From Veleropilina oligotropha (lineage: Eukaryota), in NCBI GenBank assembly GCA_048128005.1, contig JBEUKZ010000062.1, positions 1-64,000 of the forward strand: 64,000 nucleotides of DNA, given 5' to 3'. The notes under the pieces were generated by a model that did not search any database, was not told where the DNA came from, and worked only from the letters and a program-made list of their open reading frames with translations. This document shows positions 59,527 to 64,000 of this stretch, piece after piece. Position numbers and translations under genes: made by a program. Positions within the stretch are counted from its first letter, which is position 1, and each line of letters opens with the position of its first letter.

Positions 59527-60193
59527 CTTGATCTCGCTCTGGTATTTTAGGCGGGCAGACGTGTCCAAATCGGCAGTGCTTAGCCGTGGTCAACGCTGCG
59601 GTCAGCGGTGCGAGGTACATGCCCCATTTATAATACAGCTCACAGCTTGCAGTGGTCAGGGCATGTGAGATGAACGGGTCGGCCTCGAGATCAGCGATCA
59701 GTCGTAGCTGGTTTGCTGGTGGAATGGGCAGGAACATCCCAGCTGCACCCGCATACAGCTGTATAGCAGCGGCCCCGAGGGTCTTCGTCATGTCAGCACC
59801 TAGCTTCGCTTCATACCGTGCGTGGTGTTTCTCAACCTCGTCGTCAGTCATATCGTCGATTCGGTCCACTGTGAGGTTACGCCCCATGTATCTGTGGGCC
59901 CCTCCAACGGCTAATGCTGCAAGCCTCTCCCGTTTCTTTGCCATCCCTATGGAGCCAGTTTCAGGTTCCTCGTGCTGCGAGCAGCGTTTGGTCGTCGAGC
60001 GGGGTGAGCTGCTGCTCATGGTCGTTTCTTCCTCGTCATCCATGAGTTGATCGATGAGGCTGTCCATCCTTAAGCGTTTCCAACATCTCCTCGCCAGTCT
60101 AATATAGCGATAATGCCAATACCACAACGTTACGAGTAGCAACAAGATCAGGCTCTGGCTGAAAGCAAAAGCTATGTATACCGCGTCCGACAT
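59429..60193 (-). CDS. Hypothetical viral protein, copy 2
   Basis: Homologue of 26464-27198. Confidence 0.7.
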   Translation of the reverse strand: MSDAVYIAFAFSQSLILLLLVTLWYWHYRYIRLARRCWKRLRMDSLIDQLMDDEEETTMSSSSPRSTTKRCSQHEEPETGSIGMAKKRERLAALAVGGAHRYMGRNLTVDRIDDMTDDEVEKHHARYEAKLGADMTKTLGAAAIQLYAGAAGMFLPIPPANQLRLIADLEADPFISHALTTASCELYYKWGMYLAPLTAALTTAKHCRFGHVCPPKIPERDQDDNAGSGPNDVEPADREPADREGDLFDGLISE

Positions 60194-60224
60194 GCTGGGT
60201 AGATGCTCAGTAGACTACAGCTTG

Positions 60225-60857
60225 CTACAGCACACTATAAGCAACGGGCTGATCAGTTTTCAACAGGAGCTTAGCGTGTCTGGTCTCGGCCAACAGCCGG
60301 CGAACCGCGGTCCGTTCATCCTGCGACGGGATTACATCGTTCTCGCGCAGACAGTCCTCGAAACTGTCGCGGTCCTTGCAATGGAACAGCGCGACCCAGC
60401 GGGTCTGCTCTCTGAGCTCCTTCAAGACCGAGTTGTACTTTTGCGTCACTACCCATACGCTCTGGGAAGCATGCCTGCCGCTGAAGGCCAACAAAGTCAG
60501 CATGTCCCTCCTCTTTGCCATAGCCTTGCTCGCGGCGCAGTCGTCGATGATATATAAAGTTGATTCCCCCTGAAACAGCCGGTAGAACCCCCGCAGCCAG
60601 TCATGGAGTCGCTCACCCGGGGGGACTAAATACACCTCAGGGTCGGTCCAGATCCACGGACAAGACTGGTATGCTTTGTTGTACTTGATCGTGGGGCAGA
60701 GGACCACGATATGCCGGAAGACGCCTCGATACTCCCCTTCCAGCAGTTCAAGCATGAAAACCGTCTTCCCACAGCCCGTCTGGCCGCAGATGATTGCGGA
60801 GTGAGGGTCCTTGGTGTGCGGAAATCGTTTAGTACAGTGCTTCGACGAATCGGCCAT
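60225..60857 (-). CDS. Packaging ATPase, copy 2
   Basis: Walker A/B motifs; near-identical to copy 1. Confidence 0.9.
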   Translation of the reverse strand: MADSSKHCTKRFPHTKDPHSAIICGQTGCGKTVFMLELLEGEYRGVFRHIVVLCPTIKYNKAYQSCPWIWTDPEVYLVPPGERLHDWLRGFYRLFQGESTLYIIDDCAASKAMAKRRDMLTLLAFSGRHASQSVWVVTQKYNSVLKELREQTRWVALFHCKDRDSFEDCLRENDVIPSQDERTAVRRLLAETRHAKLLLKTDQPVAYSVL

Positions 60858-62130
60858 TCTCGATATTCAGCTGTGCGTCCATGATCACGAACTCGTAGAC
60901 GTTCAGTGGACCGGCCGCTTCGGCTGTTTTAGTGATCTGAATAGTAATGCCTTCGCTGGCGTTCTCGACCCTCCGGCCTGACCCGTGCAACTGATCGTCG
61001 TCAGTTACCCGCATATCGATCCAGAGCGCAAATTTCTTAGTCAGAAATTCGCCCAGGGTGACGTCTGCCATCTCCAAGTCCTTTGCGACCATCGCGACCT
61101 CAGGATGCCGCTTGCTGCTGCCGGAGGCGAACATTTTCTTGGCTTCTTCCCAGATCTGGTATGTTCGCATGCCCTGGCTGTAGATTTGATTCGGGACACC
61201 CTCGATTGTGACCTCGACCTTTGTGATCTTCGGATTATAGAAGGCCTCAGTATCGCGAGAGAATGGCGCGGCGTCTCTCGCAGGGTCCTCGAACAACAGT
61301 AGTATTCCTTTCATCGACCTCGCCGGTACGTTCACATTCATATTCCACAACGAGTCGCTCTTGTCTAGGGTGAGCTTCCGATGCCGGAGAACACGGTCGT
61401 ACAGGATTACGAGTTGACCCTGGTATTGATTTCGAATCCGTCTGGCAAGCTCGGATTGGGTTACCATGTCATATTCGAGGGATATATTGTCGATGGAATA
61501 GCTGGAACCGGAGTCGTCCGTCTCCCGGATAGTCCGGGAGTAGTCGTTGAACGTTAGCTCATACTCGAGACGGTCTCCAAGGGCGCTTTGATAGAATGGC
61601 ATGTGACTTTCCAACAGCTCGAAATCCAGCGGGATGCGGAATCGGTTACCGTACGCGGCCGCGACCGCGACATCCTCAGACAGTCTAAAGGCGTCTGCCG
61701 CACCAACACGATGCTTCGTAGTGTTGTGTCCATCGCTGGTATCAATCCCCTGGTACTGGGCGTTCTTGCGCTCCCCGGTGGTCTTCCAGAGATCGCAGTA
61801 GCAGTGGTACACGTCGGAGTCGTCAATCGACATGATCTCGTTTCCACTTATCTTTATCGTGGTCTTTCTGATCACGGCACGGCCGATATTTTGCACTACA
61901 GTCCTATTCGCATTTACCGAGGTCAGAGAGATGGTAAATGCGAGGTGGGCAGTCCCTGGAACGATCACGTCATTCGCCCCGAGATTAGGGAACCGAACCA
62001 GGAGCTGCTGGTTCGGGGCAATCGTTGATGGATTGTTTGTAATCGTGACCGACTGGCGGATGCCCTTGACTGCGAGGGGCTCACGCAGCCTGCGGTATGG
62101 ATTAAGCTTGCGTCCGTATACGCTAGTCAT
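60829..62130 (-). CDS. Putative major capsid protein, copy 2
   Basis: Near-identical to copy 1 (SGSSK vs SGCSK). Confidence 0.75.
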   Translation of the reverse strand: MTSVYGRKLNPYRRLREPLAVKGIRQSVTITNNPSTIAPNQQLLVRFPNLGANDVIVPGTAHLAFTISLTSVNANRTVVQNIGRAVIRKTTIKISGNEIMSIDDSDVYHCYCDLWKTTGERKNAQYQGIDTSDGHNTTKHRVGAADAFRLSEDVAVAAAYGNRFRIPLDFELLESHMPFYQSALGDRLEYELTFNDYSRTIRETDDSGSSYSIDNISLEYDMVTQSELARRIRNQYQGQLVILYDRVLRHRKLTLDKSDSLWNMNVNVPARSMKGILLLFEDPARDAAPFSRDTEAFYNPKITKVEVTIEGVPNQIYSQGMRTYQIWEEAKKMFASGSSKRHPEVAMVAKDLEMADVTLGEFLTKKFALWIDMRVTDDDQLHGSGRRVENASEGITIQITKTAEAAGPLNVYEFVIMDAQLNIENGRFVEALY

Positions 62131-62166
62131 GGCTGAATTAGATGCGTATCCCACTGATGTATTCAA

Positions 62167-63468
62167 ATGGCGGAATTCGAGAACCCCGCATTCGAGCCGG
62201 ACGATCTCATCGACAACGATGATACCATCATCGACGATACTGATGTGGATCTATCCACCGACCGGTTTATGCCTGTTCTTTCGGAACGGCCACAGGAAGG
62301 AACCAGCAGTCTTCAGCAAGAGCTCGTTCAGGGCGTGGTTGACGACTACTACAAAGCCCTGGCACAGGAGGGGCAGACCCCAGCCACGGGGCGAGATTAT
62401 TCAAAATTCAAGTATGTGAGGGGAAAATTAGGGAGGGGGGGGAAATTGGTGATGACGGACTACCCCGACATCAATCTCATAAATTCTCGCACCGGCAACC
62501 CCTTGGCGTTGTCAACAATAGCTGGCCGGCCTGGTGGGGGTGATGCAATCCGTGAAGGGTTGGGTTTTGTACACTGGACGCGGGGGGAAAAAAAGCTGGT
62601 TGCAGTTCTTCAGACAGCCGACAACGAGTTGAGCGGTGCTGCGGCGAATGTCGAAAACGTAGAACTGCGGGACTTGGGGCAGACTGCTACTGATGCCTCG
62701 GTAGCAATCCACACGATGGAGACGAAATTCACTGATACCGAGGTTGAAGAGATCTTAGGCACAATGGGGGACCCTCCATTAAATCTTCGCGAGCTTCGCG
62801 GACTTGACAAGGCGATGCAGACCATCCGAGGCGAACTAACCAACAATCTAGCCAAACTAACGGCGCTGGACGAACACATAGAGCTGGAGAAGATGAAGCT
62901 CGATCAGGCAGATGAAGAGGGCGGTGTGGATGAGTTCATCCGTCGACGGATCGCGGAACGTCTGCGCGACCTGAATGATGAAAGAGCAGCTCGCCTAGAG
63001 GCAGCATCATCAAGCCGGGAGGCCCTTCGCTCTCAAATCAGCCGGATCCGAGAGATGATAAGTCGGATCCTGAACACCGACACAACGCTGGCCGAGCGTA
63101 TCCGGACCCTGTTCCGCGAGCAAGGGGTTACGATCGCAACAATACTGACCGCTATCGGGCTCGCCATCTCGACTTTGGTACTAGCCCTGACAGGTGGAGC
63201 AACAAGCCCGCCAACGCCACCACCACCTCCCAGTGGTCAGGGCGGGGTCAAGGAGTGGGTCAAAAAGCAGCTGCAGAACTTGGGAAGGATTCTAGGCAAA
63301 CTAGCAGGGAAGGCCGCAGCCGCGCTCCCAGGAATACTTGGAAGCCTGGTCTCCTGGCTAATCAACCTGATTGGCAAGACAGCATCGTGGCTCGCTGAAA
63401 ACCTATGGGCACTGGTCATATCAGTTGGGGGCTTGCTTCTTATTGCCGCTAGACAGTGGGTCACGTAA
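62167..63468 (+). CDS. Coiled-coil membrane protein, copy 2
   Basis: Homologue of 29172-30485 with an in-frame 4-codon deletion. Confidence 0.85.
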   Translation: MAEFENPAFEPDDLIDNDDTIIDDTDVDLSTDRFMPVLSERPQEGTSSLQQELVQGVVDDYYKALAQEGQTPATGRDYSKFKYVRGKLGRGGKLVMTDYPDINLINSRTGNPLALSTIAGRPGGGDAIREGLGFVHWTRGEKKLVAVLQTADNELSGAAANVENVELRDLGQTATDASVAIHTMETKFTDTEVEEILGTMGDPPLNLRELRGLDKAMQTIRGELTNNLAKLTALDEHIELEKMKLDQADEEGGVDEFIRRRIAERLRDLNDERAARLEAASSSREALRSQISRIREMISRILNTDTTLAERIRTLFREQGVTIATILTAIGLAISTLVLALTGGATSPPTPPPPPSGQGGVKEWVKKQLQNLGRILGKLAGKAAAALPGILGSLVSWLINLIGKTASWLAENLWALVISVGGLLLIAARQWVT

Positions 63469-64000
63469 GCCAAATGAACGCTAGGCCAACGACAATGCCG
63501 CCCACGATCAGTGCGGTTTTATCCTCGTCATGTTTGGTTGCCCCAGCTGAAACAGCTGCCACTGGGGCCACAGCCGGCAGAGAGCTTGGATGCTTCGGAG
63601 TGACCGCATCTGCGGGTAAGACGGCGTCTTGTGGGATGACCAATCCTGTTTCTCCAGTCTCCCCAGTGGCGTTGAGCGGCACAGGATTGGCCGCGTTCAC
63701 CGTAGTATTAAGACCTAGGGTCTGGGCTTCCGTAGCAACGACGATCTCATTGTTATAACCAGCCACCTGCCCGATCCGAAGGAGCATGTCACTTGGCGCC
63801 ATGTAAAGGCCGACGCCGAATACGAAGTCTACTTTAGACCTGGCATACTGCAAAACGTCCTGGTACCGTTGGATCGCAGCAGGGAGGTCAACGGGGGATG
63901 CGATGGCGTCTTCCACGTTCGCCAGGAACTGTTTCTGTGCGTCAAATGCGGTACCACTACCCAGAATACTTGCACGCGTTTGAGCCTGCGCTCCAAGAAT
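63461..64000 (-). CDS. 3' part of the TM-anchored protein, copy 2 (truncated by window edge)
   Basis: Homologue of the 30478-31758 C-terminus. Confidence 0.85.
   Translation of the reverse strand: MLGAQAQTRASILGSGTAFDAQKQFLANVEDAIASPVDLPAAIQRYQDVLQYARSKVDFVFGVGLYMAPSDMLLRIGQVAGYNNEIVVATEAQTLGLNTTVNAANPVPLNATGETGETGLVIPQDAVLPADAVTPKHPSSLPAVAPVAAVSAGATKHDEDKTALIVGGIVVGLAFIWLT

Larger units (their letters stand above)
52444..64000 (+). mobile_element. Polinton-like virus copy 2 (right part beyond the window)
   Basis: Starts AGCAGCAGGGGGGGTGA, has the same gene order as copy 1, and interrupts an Academ-like ORF. Confidence 0.95.

Noticed and set aside
52444..64000. Assembly duplicate of copy 1
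   Set aside because: Different flank, different end sequence, different replicase N-terminus and many substitutions.

Overview
Repeat-rich eukaryotic DNA, probably from a marine invertebrate (inferred from the repeat families and spliceosomal GT-AG exons). It holds three related copies of an endogenous Polinton-like dsDNA virus. Copy 1 is complete (19329-36002, 16.7 kb) with 228-bp TIRs, AG...CT ends and a 5-bp AGCTT target duplication. Copy 2 runs from 52444 off the right edge, and copy 3 is an inverted left end at 1-~818. The element encodes a DDE integrase, an A32-like packaging ATPase, putative major and minor jelly-roll capsid proteins, several membrane proteins and a secreted Cys-rich protein. 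It has no recognisable adenain protease. Its most unusual gene is a 1287-aa replicase that joins a swappable N-terminus, an OTU-like Cys/His module, a divergent protein-primed-type PolB core with no obvious exonuclease, an SF1B (RecD/Pif1-like) helicase and an HNH-like nuclease. Copies 1 and 2 carry complementary lesions, and the element ends are built from stacked terminal motifs. The host background includes three fibronectin type III-like exons, a minisatellite derived from an exon end and splice donor, Academ-type transposon remnants, Helentron-like non-autonomous elements, LINE and SINE fragments, and micro/minisatellites. All family assignments are from motifs read by eye; no searches were run.
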